DNA of 64,000 nucleotides, taken from contig JABWCD010000012.1 in the NCBI GenBank assembly GCA_013359265.1, positions 8,458 to 72,457 on the forward strand, read 5' to 3'. Below are positions 9,409-19,984 of the stretch, in pieces; the first letter of the stretch is position 1, and the number at the start of each line of letters is the position of its first letter. This stretch comes from Candidatus Hydrogenedentota bacterium (GTDB lineage: Bacteria; Hydrogenedentota; Hydrogenedentia; Hydrogenedentales; SLHB01). Below the pieces are notes generated by a model. The model saw only the letters and a program-made list of their open reading frames with translations. It ran no database searches and had not been told where the DNA came from. Position numbers and translations under genes: made by a program.

Positions 9409-10956
9409 CTACTCCCACTCGATCGTGCCGGGCGGTTTGCTGGTGACGTCGTAGAGGACGCGGTTGATGTGTTTGACTTCGTTGCAGATGCGGTTGGCGA
9501 CGCGCTGGAGCACGTCGGGCGGGAAGCGGAACCAGTCCGCGGTCATAGCGTCCTCGGAGGTGACGGCGCGCAGTGAGCAGACTTCTTCGTAGGTGCGCTC
9601 GTCGCCCTGCACGCCAACACTGCGCACGGGAAGGAGACACACCAGCGCCTGCCAAATGTCGCCATAGAGACCGGCCCTGCGGATTTCGTCAATGAAGATA
9701 GCGTCGGCTTCGCGCAACGTATCGAGCCGTTCCTTCGTCACCGCGCCGATGCAGCGCACGCCGAGACCCGGACCCGGGAACGGGTGCCGCCACACGATTT
9801 CATCCGGCAATCCCAATTCTTTGCCGAGTTGCCGGACTTCGTCTTTGAACAATTCGCGCAACGGCTCGACCAACTGGAGATTCATCAGTTCGGGCAGACC
9901 GCCGACATTGTGATGGCTCTTGATGGTGACGGACGGACCGCCCGTGGCCGATACGCTCTCGATGACGTCGGGATACAACGTACCTTGCGCGAGGAAGTCG
10001 ACCTTGCCTAGGCGCTTCGCTTCTTCCTCGAACACTTCGATGAACAACCGGCCGATAATCTTGCGCTTTTCTTCCGGATCGCACACGCCCGCGAGCGCAT
10101 CGAGGAAACGCTTCTCGGCATCGACGTAGTGCAAGTCAATGTGAAAGTTGTCCCGAAAGACTTGCTGCACGAGGTCGGCTTCACCCTTGCGCAGCAGGCC
10201 GTTGTTCACGAACACGCACGCGAGCCGGTCGCCGATCGCGCGATGGATGAGCACCGCGGCCACGCTCGAGTCGACGCCGCCGCTCAATCCGCACACCACG
10301 CGCCCGTTGCCGACCTGTTTTTGTACGGCGGCAATCGCGGAGTCGACGTACGACTCCATCGTCCAACTCGAGTCTTCGCCACAGATGCGATGCACAAAGT
10401 TCGCGAGCACGCATGTGCCCTGCGGCGTATGGACGACTTCTGGATGGAACTGCACGCCATAGAATTTTCGCGACGCGTCTACTACCGCGGCAAAAGGACA
10501 ATTCTCCGTGGTGCCGATGGTCGTGAAGCCTTGCGGCAGCTTCGTGATCGAATCGCCGTGGCTCATCCACACCTGGGTCTTCGCGTCCACGCCATCGAGG
10601 AAGCCCGTGTTGTCGTTGTGATCGAGGTGCGCGATGCCGTATTCACGCTTGGCCGCGCGCTCGACTTTCCCTCCGAGCATGTCGGCAAAGAGTTGTACGC
10701 CGTAACATATTCCAAGAATCGGAACGCCAAGCTCGAAAATGCGCGGGTCCGGCTTGGGCGATCCTTCGGCATGCACGCTCGAAGGCCCGCCGCTGAAGAT
10801 AATCCCCGCGGGATTGTGCGCCTTCAGCTTCTCGATCGATATGTTGAATGGCGCGATAAGGCTAAATACATTCGCCTCGCGCACGCGCCGCGCGATCAGC
10901 TTGCTGTACTGCGCGCCGAAGTCGAGAACGATGATGGGGCGTTCGTGTGACTGCAT
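9409..10956 (-). CDS. guaA: GMP synthase (glutamine-hydrolysing)
   Basis: 515 aa. It has the class-I GATase catalytic Cys (GICYGVQL), the PP-loop SGGVDSSV and the conserved C-terminal end KPPGTIEWE. Confidence 0.97.
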   Translation of the reverse strand: MQSHERPIIVLDFGAQYSKLIARRVREANVFSLIAPFNISIEKLKAHNPAGIIFSGGPSSVHAEGSPKPDPRIFELGVPILGICYGVQLFADMLGGKVERAAKREYGIAHLDHNDNTGFLDGVDAKTQVWMSHGDSITKLPQGFTTIGTTENCPFAAVVDASRKFYGVQFHPEVVHTPQGTCVLANFVHRICGEDSSWTMESYVDSAIAAVQKQVGNGRVVCGLSGGVDSSVAAVLIHRAIGDRLACVFVNNGLLRKGEADLVQQVFRDNFHIDLHYVDAEKRFLDALAGVCDPEEKRKIIGRLFIEVFEEEAKRLGKVDFLAQGTLYPDVIESVSATGGPSVTIKSHHNVGGLPELMNLQLVEPLRELFKDEVRQLGKELGLPDEIVWRHPFPGPGLGVRCIGAVTKERLDTLREADAIFIDEIRRAGLYGDIWQALVCLLPVRSVGVQGDERTYEEVCSLRAVTSEDAMTADWFRFPPDVLQRVANRICNEVKHINRVLYDVTSKPPGTIEWE

Positions 10957-10971
10957 ACCGTGCGCGCCGCG

Positions 10972-12480
10972 CTATTTCTCCGAGGTCATGACGTCGCTTT
11001 CCTTCAGCATGACGTCGTGCGCGCCGCCTTCGCGGATGCTGGTGGCGGATACGAGGGTAAGGCGCGCGGTCTCGTGCAGTTGCTTGATGCCGGTGCAGCC
11101 GCAGTTGCACATGGTCGATTTAATCTTCGCAAGCGTTACTGCGAGATTGTCCTTCAAGCGTCCGGCATACGGCACGTACGCGTCGACGCCCTCCTCAAAA
11201 GTGAGTCCCGTGGCGCCGCCTTCCGAATAGCGCTGCCAGTTGCGCGCGCGCTCGGAGCCTTCGCCCCAGTACTCTTTCATATAGTTGCCGCGTATCAACA
11301 GCTTGCGGCCGGGACTCTCGTCGAACCGCGCGAAGTAACGGCCCTGCATTACAAAGTCCGCGCCCATCGCCAGCGCGAGCACGATGTGGTAATCCATCAC
11401 CAGCCCGCCATCGGAGCAGAGCGGCACGTAGACACCCGTTTCCTCAAGATACTGGTCGCGCGCCTTGGCTACTTCGATCAACGACGTCGCCTGGCCGCGG
11501 CCAATTCCTTTCTGTTCGCGGGTGATGCATATGGACGCCGGGCCGACGCCCACTTTTACAAAGTCCGCGCCCGCATCGACGAGGTAGCGGAATCCGTCCT
11601 CTTCGACGACGTTGCCGCCGCCAACCTTAACGTCTTCGCCAAACGTCGATTTTATCCAGCGGATGCATTCGCCTTGCCACTCGGAGTAACCGTCGGAGGA
11701 ATCGACGCAGAGCACATCCGCGCCCGCATCGACCAGCGCCGGCACGCGGTCCCTGTAATCGCGCGTGTTGATCCCCGCGCCGACGACGAGGCGCTTGGCC
11801 GCGTCCACGAGTTCGTTCGGATTTTCCTTGTGTTCGTCGTAGTCCTTGCGAAATACGAGATAGCGGAGTTGCTGATCGTCGTTGATAATCGGCAAGCAGT
11901 TGAGTTTCTTTTCCCAGATCAACTCATTCGCTTCGCTGAGCGAAATACCCTCCATTGCGTATACGAGTTTCGAGAATGGCGTCATAAAGCGGCTGATTGG
12001 CGCGTCAAGCCCCGCCTTGTGGACACGATAATCGCGGCTCGTCAGAATGCCGAGCAACTTGCCGTTTGCCGTGCCGTCGTCCGTAATCGGGATCGTCGAG
12101 TGGCCGACGCGCCGCGTCGCCTCGACGACGTCCCCCAACGTTTGGTCCGGCCGCAGGTTGGTGTCGCTGGTTACAAACCCGGCCTTAAACTTTTTGACCT
12201 TGCGCACCATCTCCGCCTGCGACTCGATGGCCTGCGAACAGAAGATAAAGGACATGCCGCCGCTGCGCGCGAGCGCAATCGCCATGGTCGCGTCGGACAC
12301 CGCCTGCATGATCGACGACGTGAACGGAATATTCAGCCGTATGACCTGATCGCCCCCACGCCCCTTGACCAGCGGCGCGCTCAGATCGACATTCTGCGGC
12401 ACGCAATCTTTCGTCGTCAGGCTTGGAATCAGCAGGTATTCGCTGAACGTGCGCGAGGGTTCGTTATAGAATTGCGCCAT
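10972..12480 (-). CDS. guaB: IMP dehydrogenase
   Basis: Start ATG 12480 ([19 protein letters not shown]). A CBS-pair insertion is present, along with the catalytic loop [13 protein letters not shown]. It lies directly upstream of guaA. Confidence 0.93.
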   Translation of the reverse strand: MAQFYNEPSRTFSEYLLIPSLTTKDCVPQNVDLSAPLVKGRGGDQVIRLNIPFTSSIMQAVSDATMAIALARSGGMSFIFCSQAIESQAEMVRKVKKFKAGFVTSDTNLRPDQTLGDVVEATRRVGHSTIPITDDGTANGKLLGILTSRDYRVHKAGLDAPISRFMTPFSKLVYAMEGISLSEANELIWEKKLNCLPIINDDQQLRYLVFRKDYDEHKENPNELVDAAKRLVVGAGINTRDYRDRVPALVDAGADVLCVDSSDGYSEWQGECIRWIKSTFGEDVKVGGGNVVEEDGFRYLVDAGADFVKVGVGPASICITREQKGIGRGQATSLIEVAKARDQYLEETGVYVPLCSDGGLVMDYHIVLALAMGADFVMQGRYFARFDESPGRKLLIRGNYMKEYWGEGSERARNWQRYSEGGATGLTFEEGVDAYVPYAGRLKDNLAVTLAKIKSTMCNCGCTGIKQLHETARLTLVSATSIREGGAHDVMLKESDVMTSEK

Positions 12481-12852
12481 GGCGTACTTTCCGCGGCTGC
12501 ACGAAGAAATGGGTGGCGAGGAGCTGCGACGAACGCCGCCCACGGTCCACCCGGCGAGAATTGATAGTGCGGACCGTTCGTTTTCCGTCGCGTTTGTTCA
12601 TGGCCGTTCGAAGGTCGATGGTGCGGTCCGCAAAACGGCGCACAGACCGCGTGGCACCGATCCGCAAATTATAAAAATGGGACGGCACCCAGTCAAATTG
12701 AGGGCGTGCCAATCGACCCCCCTTACTCGCTCGTGCGAACCGCAGTACGTACGGGATGAACCGAACGCGCCTTCGAGCCGGCGCACGGATTCACCGGGCG
12801 CGTGGCCTTCGACGGCGGCGCCGAGTTTCGTATAGAATTGCGCGCAGCACAA

Positions 12853-14088
12853 ATGAATATGGATGCCAGCCTCCGGTCAATCGCTTTCTTCGCGCAGGTA
12901 CTCATCGCAGCGCTGGTGTGCGGATGCACCGCAGAAAACGCCACTGGCGATCCGCGCGACACGTTACTCGCCGCAAACGACCGCATTAACAAACTCGTCG
13001 AGTCGGAGCGTGCGGTGCAACAGCCGCCGCCGCCGCGGCCTCCCCTTCCATTGCACAGCGACTCGCCGCTTCGATTCTGGTATTACGCACACCCGCTGAT
13101 TGCAGAACACTTCGACGGCGCGCCCCTCGCCATTGCGGGCACTACCGTGCAGCCGCAATTTATGGGTGAATGGCCCGTCGCCGTTCAGAAATGGATGGCA
13201 TCGTTCGCAGCGGACGATCTCCCGGACGTGGGTATGGTCAAGCGCGACTTGGTTGCGCGGCTATACAACGCGGGCCGCATACGTCCGCTCGACAGCGTAC
13301 TGCCGCGTTCGCTGGTTGACGATCTCCGCCCGGAAGTTCTCGCCGATTACACCTACGATGGGCATCTCATTGCTCTGCCCGCGGACGGATTCTGTTCGCT
13401 CTTGTATTTCAACAGGCGATCGGTGGGCGCGGAGCCGCCAAAGAATTGGGCGTTTCTGGCCGCATACCTGAACGCGCACCGGGCAACGCCCAGTCCGCCG
13501 CCGCCGCGCGGCATGGGCGCGTTTCCTTTCCTGGAAGCGCTGTGGTCTGCGGATGGCGACGTGCTGAAAAACGGGGTCGGCGCGCTGCATTGTCCCGAGG
13601 CGCAGCGCGCACTGGAATTTTCGATTGAGGTAACCAGAGGTTCGCTAGTGTCCGAAGCACGGGCCTTTCGTGAATGGACCGCGGGCGAGCTGGCGATGAC
13701 CATCGCGTCGAGTAGAAACCTTCCCGCCGCCGCCGCGTCGGATGTCGATTTCGGAATCGCTCCGGTTCCCGGCGAAACCGGCCCCATTTCGCGCCGGTCA
13801 AACGACGCAGTAGTGGTGTTTTCGCGCGGGTCAGGAGCGAGCGAGGAGTCGATTGCCGCTTTCTTGGATTGGCTGACCGGTTCCCAAGTCATGGGCGAAG
13901 CAGCATTGACCGCCGGTTCTGTTCCCCTTCGCAAGTCATTACTCGAATTTGAATCGCGGGTCCCCGAGATCGCCGCAGCATATGCCGCCGGGCGCAACAG
14001 CCCCCTGCACCCGAACTGGGGGGCCATTGAAGCCGAATTGCAGATAGAAGTGGCGAGGGCGTACCGGAAGCCTGACCAGTCCTCTTGA
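12853..14088 (+). CDS. Extracellular solute-binding protein (ABC family-1-like), lipoprotein-type signal
   Basis: Start ATG 12853 (MNMDASLRSIAFFAQVLIAALVCGC). The body resembles sugar-type SBPs (LIALPADGFCSLLYFNRR). No permease or ATPase genes are adjacent. Confidence 0.7.
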   Translation: MNMDASLRSIAFFAQVLIAALVCGCTAENATGDPRDTLLAANDRINKLVESERAVQQPPPPRPPLPLHSDSPLRFWYYAHPLIAEHFDGAPLAIAGTTVQPQFMGEWPVAVQKWMASFAADDLPDVGMVKRDLVARLYNAGRIRPLDSVLPRSLVDDLRPEVLADYTYDGHLIALPADGFCSLLYFNRRSVGAEPPKNWAFLAAYLNAHRATPSPPPPRGMGAFPFLEALWSADGDVLKNGVGALHCPEAQRALEFSIEVTRGSLVSEARAFREWTAGELAMTIASSRNLPAAAASDVDFGIAPVPGETGPISRRSNDAVVVFSRGSGASEESIAAFLDWLTGSQVMGEAALTAGSVPLRKSLLEFESRVPEIAAAYAAGRNSPLHPNWGAIEAELQIEVARAYRKPDQSS

Positions 14089-14265
14089 CTGGCCACAACG
14101 GGTAGCGTAGACTCATCCGTAAGGCCAACAGTTATGGGGGCCTTGCACAAGATATTGTATTTGACGCGCTTGTTTGCGCTTCGAATAGCGGTTGGTTGAC
14201 CCGCATCGGCGTACGCCGCTGACCACGGCACTGTCGGAAATGCGCGGGATGCTGGGAGGAGATGT

Positions 14266-16566
14266 ATGCACGACATGCGCCGAATCATTGGCGCGCTGTT
14301 CTTGCCGGCCGCTTTTGTCTGCGCGGCAATTCCCGTGCTCGGCGAGCCTGGCAAGATATCTATCGGCGATTGGGCGAAGACGGGCGAGGCGAAGGCGGAT
14401 ACCACCGTCGAGGCATCGCCCGAGCCGGGTCCAAACGAACCCAAGGAACCCGTTGCGAAGGCAGCCGCCGCGGACTCGACTATTCCGCCGGAGGCGCTAC
14501 TGCCCGCTGTTGAACCACCCGAGTCCGCGTTGAGCCCCGAACCCGACCCAGCCCCCGATGCCGCACTGGTGAAGACCGGTGTTCCGGCAACGGCAATCGA
14601 CCCCGAACGGCAAGACGCTGAGGGATCGCCCGAATCGGCAAGGCCCACTCCAGGCGACGTCAAGAGCGTAAACGATTGGGTGGCACAGGCAGCGGCCGCA
14701 CCCGTCGCCGCGACCGACGAGTCTGACACGCCCGAGCCAAACACCATCAACGGCGTTATCGTCCCTCCTGCGACACAAGTGCGCGCGGGCCAAGTACGCA
14801 CCGGCGCCGGCACCATCGACCTGAATTCCATCAATCTGGACAAGCTGCACGAGGAACTAAAAAAGGCGGTGCCGCCGCGCGAGGAATTGCGGATGTCGAT
14901 GCAGGAGGCCGTGCAACTCGCACTCTCCAACAATCGCGACATCATTGTTACGTCGTACGAGCCGCTGAAAGTGGACGGCGACATCATGCAGGCCAAGGGC
15001 GAATTCGATCCGGTACTTTCGGGAAAATACGCGAAGAGTAGCGTCGAGTCGAAGGCATCGTCGCAGATCAGTTCGTTCACGGGCGGTCTCGGCAGCAGCA
15101 GCAGCCTGTTGGGTGGCGGGAACAGCAACGTACTGGGAAACGTGCTGCGATCCATCAATCGGATAAATCTGCGCGGTGACGACGAAAGCAATAACAGCTT
15201 GGGCCTCGGCCGGCTGCTGCTCACCGGCGCGCTAACCCTCGTATCCAGCGCGGGAAACACAGTCCGCAACTTCCTGAATCCTGGCGACCAGGAATTCATC
15301 ATCGAGCAGGATTCGAATACTTACGAGACGACGCTGCAAGGCAAAATTCCGTGGGGCACGCAGTACCAGGTGAAGATGTCGGTGGTTGAGGAAAAGTCGA
15401 CGTACAGCAACAACGAGTCGGAATTCAGCGGCGGACTCACGCTATCCATAACCCAGCCGTTACTGCGCGGGCGGGGACCAAAGGCAAACCTCGCGCGCAT
15501 TCGCATCGCTAAGAACAGCCGCGAGATCGCCGAAAACCAGTTGATGTCGCAGGTGATGACGACCGTGTCGGACGTGGTCAAGGCATATTGGGACCTCGTC
15601 GGCGCGGAACAGCAATTAATCGTCCGCGAGACTTCGCTCGAGAATGCGCAGCGGCTTATGGACGTGAACCAGCGCCGGCTCGATATCGGTATTGGCGCGG
15701 CGCTCGAGGTGGTGCAGGCAAAGGCAAGCGTGGCGCAACGCACGAGCGACGTTATCGCGGCGCGCAACCAAGTCGGCATCGCGGAAGACCGGTTAAAACT
15801 GTTGCTGGACCTGAAGGAGAACGAGGAGTTTTCGAACAAGCGGATCGTGGCGGCCGATGCTCCCGAAGCGAAAGAACTGGATCTCGACGAGCAAGCCAGC
15901 GTCAGCCGCGCATTCGAGAACCGGCCGGAACTGAAATCGGCCGAACTCGAGATCGACAGCGCGGAACTTGACCGCTACCGCGCCGCGAACAACATGCAGA
16001 TGAAGCTCGATGTCTCCGGCAGCGTGTTTCAGGGCGCGCGCGGCGACGATGCCGGCACGGTGTTCGACGGCGTCTCCAGCCGCGACGACAACTCCTACTC
16101 GCTCCAGATCGACGGCGAGATTCCGATTACCAACCGTGCCGCGCGCGGGCAGTACATGAAGGCGCTGCAATCGAAACGTCAGGCGAAAGACCGCCTGTAC
16201 AAGACGAAAAGCGAAATCGCCATCAACGTGCGCAATGCCATACGGCAAGCGGCATCGAGCCGCATCATTGTCGAAAGCAGCGGACAGGCCCGCTCGTTGC
16301 AGGAAACCAACGTGTCTGCGGAAGAGAAGCGACTAAAGCTGGGCATATCGACAAGCTTCGAAGTTCTGCGCACGCAGGAAGACCTCGCGAACGCGCACGC
16401 GCAGGAAGTGCAGGCGAAAATCGACTACGAGAAGGCGCTCACCGATCTGAAGCTCGCCGAGGGCACAATCCTCGCCGCGCTAAACGTCGAGTACGGCGCG
16501 CCGGAGCCCGAGAAGCCGGTCGGCTTTGTACGCAGCCTCGTGCCCCCCGTGCCCGCGGACGAATAG
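14266..16566 (+). CDS. TolC-family outer-membrane efflux protein with a long Pro/Ala/Glu-rich N-terminal extension
   Basis: 766 aa, with a GGGAGGA RBS and a signal peptide. About 200 low-complexity residues precede a typical OEP start (LRMSMQEAVQLALSNNRDI). Two OEP-type repeats follow. Confidence 0.85.
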   Translation: MHDMRRIIGALFLPAAFVCAAIPVLGEPGKISIGDWAKTGEAKADTTVEASPEPGPNEPKEPVAKAAAADSTIPPEALLPAVEPPESALSPEPDPAPDAALVKTGVPATAIDPERQDAEGSPESARPTPGDVKSVNDWVAQAAAAPVAATDESDTPEPNTINGVIVPPATQVRAGQVRTGAGTIDLNSINLDKLHEELKKAVPPREELRMSMQEAVQLALSNNRDIIVTSYEPLKVDGDIMQAKGEFDPVLSGKYAKSSVESKASSQISSFTGGLGSSSSLLGGGNSNVLGNVLRSINRINLRGDDESNNSLGLGRLLLTGALTLVSSAGNTVRNFLNPGDQEFIIEQDSNTYETTLQGKIPWGTQYQVKMSVVEEKSTYSNNESEFSGGLTLSITQPLLRGRGPKANLARIRIAKNSREIAENQLMSQVMTTVSDVVKAYWDLVGAEQQLIVRETSLENAQRLMDVNQRRLDIGIGAALEVVQAKASVAQRTSDVIAARNQVGIAEDRLKLLLDLKENEEFSNKRIVAADAPEAKELDLDEQASVSRAFENRPELKSAELEIDSAELDRYRAANNMQMKLDVSGSVFQGARGDDAGTVFDGVSSRDDNSYSLQIDGEIPITNRAARGQYMKALQSKRQAKDRLYKTKSEIAINVRNAIRQAASSRIIVESSGQARSLQETNVSAEEKRLKLGISTSFEVLRTQEDLANAHAQEVQAKIDYEKALTDLKLAEGTILAALNVEYGAPEPEKPVGFVRSLVPPVPADE

Positions 16567-16717
16567 CCTGGCAGCCGGGCCGAGCGGGTAAAGGCAGAAG
16601 TAACGCCCCGAAAAGCGTGGACGAGCACGGTATTCGTTGCGACGCCGAACAGGATGGTGCGTGGCTCCTCATCGGCCAAGCCGGACAAATCTGGGCCGTG
16701 TCCCCATTGCATATGGT

Positions 16718-16768
16718 TTGACTTGTATAATCCCCCGCGCGACGGATTGCAGCGTGATCCGTCGCGCG
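16718..16768 (+). promoter_or_regulatory. Extended -10-like element (TGTATAAT) followed by a perfect 11-bp 5'-leader hairpin
   Basis: TGTATAAT lies at 16724..16731. The stem CGCGCGACGGA/TCCGTCGCGCG (16736-16746 and 16758-16768) lies about 25 nt upstream of the aldehyde dehydrogenase ATG. Confidence 0.35.
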
Positions 16769-16793
16769 GTCCAATTTCGGAAGGACGAATCGT

Positions 16794-18188
16794 ATGAGCG
16801 CCAATGAACTCCGTGTTATCAATCCATACACCGAGCAGATAGAGCTGGCCCTGCCGCTGCTCTCGCTCAACGAAGTCGACCGCGTCGTCGCGCGTGCGCG
16901 GCACGCCTACTACGGATGGCGCGCAGTACCCATCGACGCACGCGTTGCGCTGTGCAGGCGCTTTGTCGAGGCGTTCACGGGAATGAGAGACGAGGTCGCA
17001 TCGAATACTTCGCGGCAGATGGGCAAGCCCGTAAAGCAGGCGCGCGGCGAAGTGAACCGGCTCGTCGAGCGCGCGGAATACATGATCGGCATCGCGCAGG
17101 AGACGCTCGCAGACGAGTTCGTGCCGGGAATTGCCGGTTTCAAACGGTACATTCGCCACGAACCGCTTGGTGTCGTGTTTGATATCGCTGCGTGGAATTA
17201 TCCGTTGCTTATCGCGGTAAACGTCGTGGTGCCGTCCGTGCTCGCGGGCAATGCGGTGATTCTCAAACACTCGAGCAAGACGCCGCTTTGCGGACAGGCA
17301 TTCGAAGACGCATTCAAGAAGGCTGGCGCACCGGATAATCTTGTGCAGCACGTGGTTTGTGAACACGGCGTCGCCGAAGCGTTTGTCAAACATCCCGGCG
17401 TGGACTTCGTGTCGTTCACGGGATCGACTCATGGCGGTCACGATATGGTCCGGGCCGCGTCCGGACGCTTCATTAACCTCGGACTCGAACTTGGCGGCAA
17501 GGACCCCGCTTACGTCTGTGCTGACGCGGACTTCGCGAGCGCGGTCGAGAATTGTGTTGACGGCGCGTTCTACAATGCGGGCCAGTCATGCTGTGCAATC
17601 GAGCGCGTGTACGTCGACCAATCGATCTACAAGGATTTCGTTGAGGCGTATATTGCAGAGACGAAGAAATACATTGCGCCCGGCAATCCCCAGGCGGACA
17701 CGACGACTCTCGGTCCTATGGCGTCAAAGACCGCGGCAGCGTTCCTGGCAGGACAAGTCGACGACGCCGTGGAGTCAGGCGGGAAACTCGTCGTATCCGG
17801 CAAGGACTTCACGTTTCCCGATCGAGGCTGGTTCGCACAACCCGCCGTCGTCGCCGATGCGCCGCAGAACTGCAGCCTCATGCAGGAAGAAAGCTTTGGC
17901 CCCGTCATCGGCATTGCGCCCGTGGCGGACGACGCCGAAGCGATCCGCCTAATGAACGACAGTGCCTACGGTCTCACTGCGTCGATTTGGACAACGGACG
18001 TCGAGCGCGCGATCCGCGTCGGCGAACAGATCGAAACCGGCACGTTCTTCCTCAACCGGTGCGATTATTGCGACCCCGGCCTTCCTTGGACCGGCGTCAA
18101 AGATACAGGCCGCGGCGCAAGCCTGTCGCACTACGGATTTCTCCAGTTGACTCGACTGAAGAGTATGCACTTGCGATTACCGCAGTAG
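16794..18188 (+). CDS. NAD(P)-dependent aldehyde dehydrogenase family protein
   Basis: 464 aa with the ELGGKDP motif and the catalytic Cys context NAGQSCCAIERVYV. Confidence 0.9.
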   Translation: MSANELRVINPYTEQIELALPLLSLNEVDRVVARARHAYYGWRAVPIDARVALCRRFVEAFTGMRDEVASNTSRQMGKPVKQARGEVNRLVERAEYMIGIAQETLADEFVPGIAGFKRYIRHEPLGVVFDIAAWNYPLLIAVNVVVPSVLAGNAVILKHSSKTPLCGQAFEDAFKKAGAPDNLVQHVVCEHGVAEAFVKHPGVDFVSFTGSTHGGHDMVRAASGRFINLGLELGGKDPAYVCADADFASAVENCVDGAFYNAGQSCCAIERVYVDQSIYKDFVEAYIAETKKYIAPGNPQADTTTLGPMASKTAAAFLAGQVDDAVESGGKLVVSGKDFTFPDRGWFAQPAVVADAPQNCSLMQEESFGPVIGIAPVADDAEAIRLMNDSAYGLTASIWTTDVERAIRVGEQIETGTFFLNRCDYCDPGLPWTGVKDTGRGASLSHYGFLQLTRLKSMHLRLPQ

Positions 18189-18221
18189 TACGAAGCAATC
18201 TGACGCCGGCGAAACTATAGG

Positions 18222-19805
18222 TCAGTTTTCAGTTTGTTTGCCGCCGCGCAAACCGCGGACTTGAAGGCCAAGCCGCATCAAGTCGTCTTCGGCGACTTTT
18301 CGCTTTGTGATATCAATGTTCGATACGAGCACGCAGCCGAGCGTATCTTCATGGCCCGGGAGCACGCGGACATTCACCGCAACCCAGAATACTTTTCCGG
18401 TAAGAGATTTGCGTTCCGATTCGGCTGAAAAGACGGTCTTCCCCTCGGACAGCGCGACAACTTCGTCTCGGAAGACAAGTAACGTTTGCTCCGTGAAGAG
18501 GGCCGGAAGACTGTCCAGCAGTTCCTTCTTGTCCGAAGCGCCGTGCTGTACAAGGGCCGCGCGATTTACGTCGAGCACCTTTACCAGTCGCGCGCATTCC
18601 ACCACTGCTTCCGGGCGCCCGACAAAGTGTCGCTCGATGTCGGTCACACCTGATGCGCGTAAGCGTTCCACGAATTGCCGCACCTCCGAGAAATCCTCCT
18701 GCCAGAGCGCGATCGGCGATTCTTCGAAGAGGTCCTTATAGCGCGCTTCCCTTTCACGCAAGGACGCCGCGGCGGCGATTTCAGAGGTAATGTTCCAACA
18801 AGTGATGATACGGCACAATGGCATTCCGTAATTCGTCTTGACCGACGTCACGTGGGCCGCGTACATGGCTGGGACATCCCCAACCGCCTGTCGAAACCGG
18901 GCGGTAATGCCATCGGAACACACGGTGAGACGTTTTAACGCGGGGACTTGCGCAAACACCGCGTTAGCGGGGTACCCCACGACCGAGCGCGCATCCGCGC
19001 CGAGGATCGCGAGCCCCGCATGGTTTACGTCGATAACCTTCCCATCCATATCGAGAACAAACATGCAATCGTCTATGTGTTCGAGAACAAACTCCCGGGC
19101 AACAGGCACAACCTCGGACAACCGATACCGGACGACGCTCAGGACGAGAAACAGCGCCGATACCACAAACGCGAATGGCGTAAGGTCCAAGCCGGAGATC
19201 GGGCCCGCGTCAAGTACGTATGCCGCGTTCGCCACCCACGGCACAAGAATCGTAAGCACCATGAAGACGCGCTGACCCCTGTAAAGCGACTGCCCAGCAA
19301 AAGCGTTGCGCAGCAGCAGTATCGTGCCACACAGCAACAACGCCCACGCGTACTGGTTGTTGAGCCAAAAGACCCACCCGTAATGAAACCGCAGAAACGG
19401 CAATCCATCCGTCGATATCCAAATATCCCGCCAGAGCATGCCATGATACGAATTGGTGAACGCGGCAATCAGGGTAAGCACTGGGATTGCAGAAAGCGCT
19501 GCCAGGCGTTTGCCGCTCAAGTAACGTCCGAGCCCCGACGCGTACACAGCGGCGAAGCACCACGACGGCGCCACAAAGACAATGCCAACATACTGAAATT
19601 GCGCCGCGAACACTTTGGCTTGAAGTTGAGGGACGATCAGTTCAAGACCGTAGAAGAAACTCCAGACTCCGCACGCCGCAATCAGGCAAAGCACCCACCT
19701 TCCAATGGGATTGCGCCGTTTAGGCCACAGGTAGCCGCAAAGAACTGCGGCTACCACCGCCGAAGCGAACGGAATTGCGGCTATGAAACGGACATCTGAC
19801 CACAT
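18222..19805 (-). CDS. Membrane sensor with an N-terminal 7TM (histidine-kinase-N type) domain and two PAS domains, but no kinase core
   Basis: 527 aa. About seven hydrophobic helices are followed by PAS-like regions. The protein ends about 20 aa after the PAS-to-linker motif (NIDITKRKVAEDDL). Confidence 0.8.
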   Translation of the reverse strand: MWSDVRFIAAIPFASAVVAAVLCGYLWPKRRNPIGRWVLCLIAACGVWSFFYGLELIVPQLQAKVFAAQFQYVGIVFVAPSWCFAAVYASGLGRYLSGKRLAALSAIPVLTLIAAFTNSYHGMLWRDIWISTDGLPFLRFHYGWVFWLNNQYAWALLLCGTILLLRNAFAGQSLYRGQRVFMVLTILVPWVANAAYVLDAGPISGLDLTPFAFVVSALFLVLSVVRYRLSEVVPVAREFVLEHIDDCMFVLDMDGKVIDVNHAGLAILGADARSVVGYPANAVFAQVPALKRLTVCSDGITARFRQAVGDVPAMYAAHVTSVKTNYGMPLCRIITCWNITSEIAAAASLREREARYKDLFEESPIALWQEDFSEVRQFVERLRASGVTDIERHFVGRPEAVVECARLVKVLDVNRAALVQHGASDKKELLDSLPALFTEQTLLVFRDEVVALSEGKTVFSAESERKSLTGKVFWVAVNVRVLPGHEDTLGCVLVSNIDITKRKVAEDDLMRLGLQVRGLRGGKQTEN

Positions 19806-19984
19806 GACCCGCGTGTCTCTGTCGCAGATTGGCGCTTCGCCACTCTAGGCTATACTTGAAGCCGGTGTCCAGCATGGTATAGGGGCGCGATATACGTGTA
19901 CACTTACCGGGAGAAACGATTTTTGTGTCCTGGATACGGAATTACACGTTCCCCCGGGATTGTTACGCTCTCTGCAGGGCCTGA

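Noticed and set aside
8957-9655. 232-aa version of the HicB-like ORF
   Set aside because: The first ~100 codons overlap the 3' end of guaA and are Arg/Pro-rich. The internal ATG at 9346 gives a canonical HicB N-terminus.
10960-12564. 534-aa plus-strand ORF opposite guaB. Similar long antisense ORFs occur at 13353..15302, 19904..20914, 33129..34220, 41304..42164, 53880..54869, 57865..59004 and 59008..59934.
   Set aside because: They are Arg/Ala/His-rich with no motifs, and each lies exactly opposite a gene with clear family signatures. These are typical shadow ORFs in high-GC DNA.
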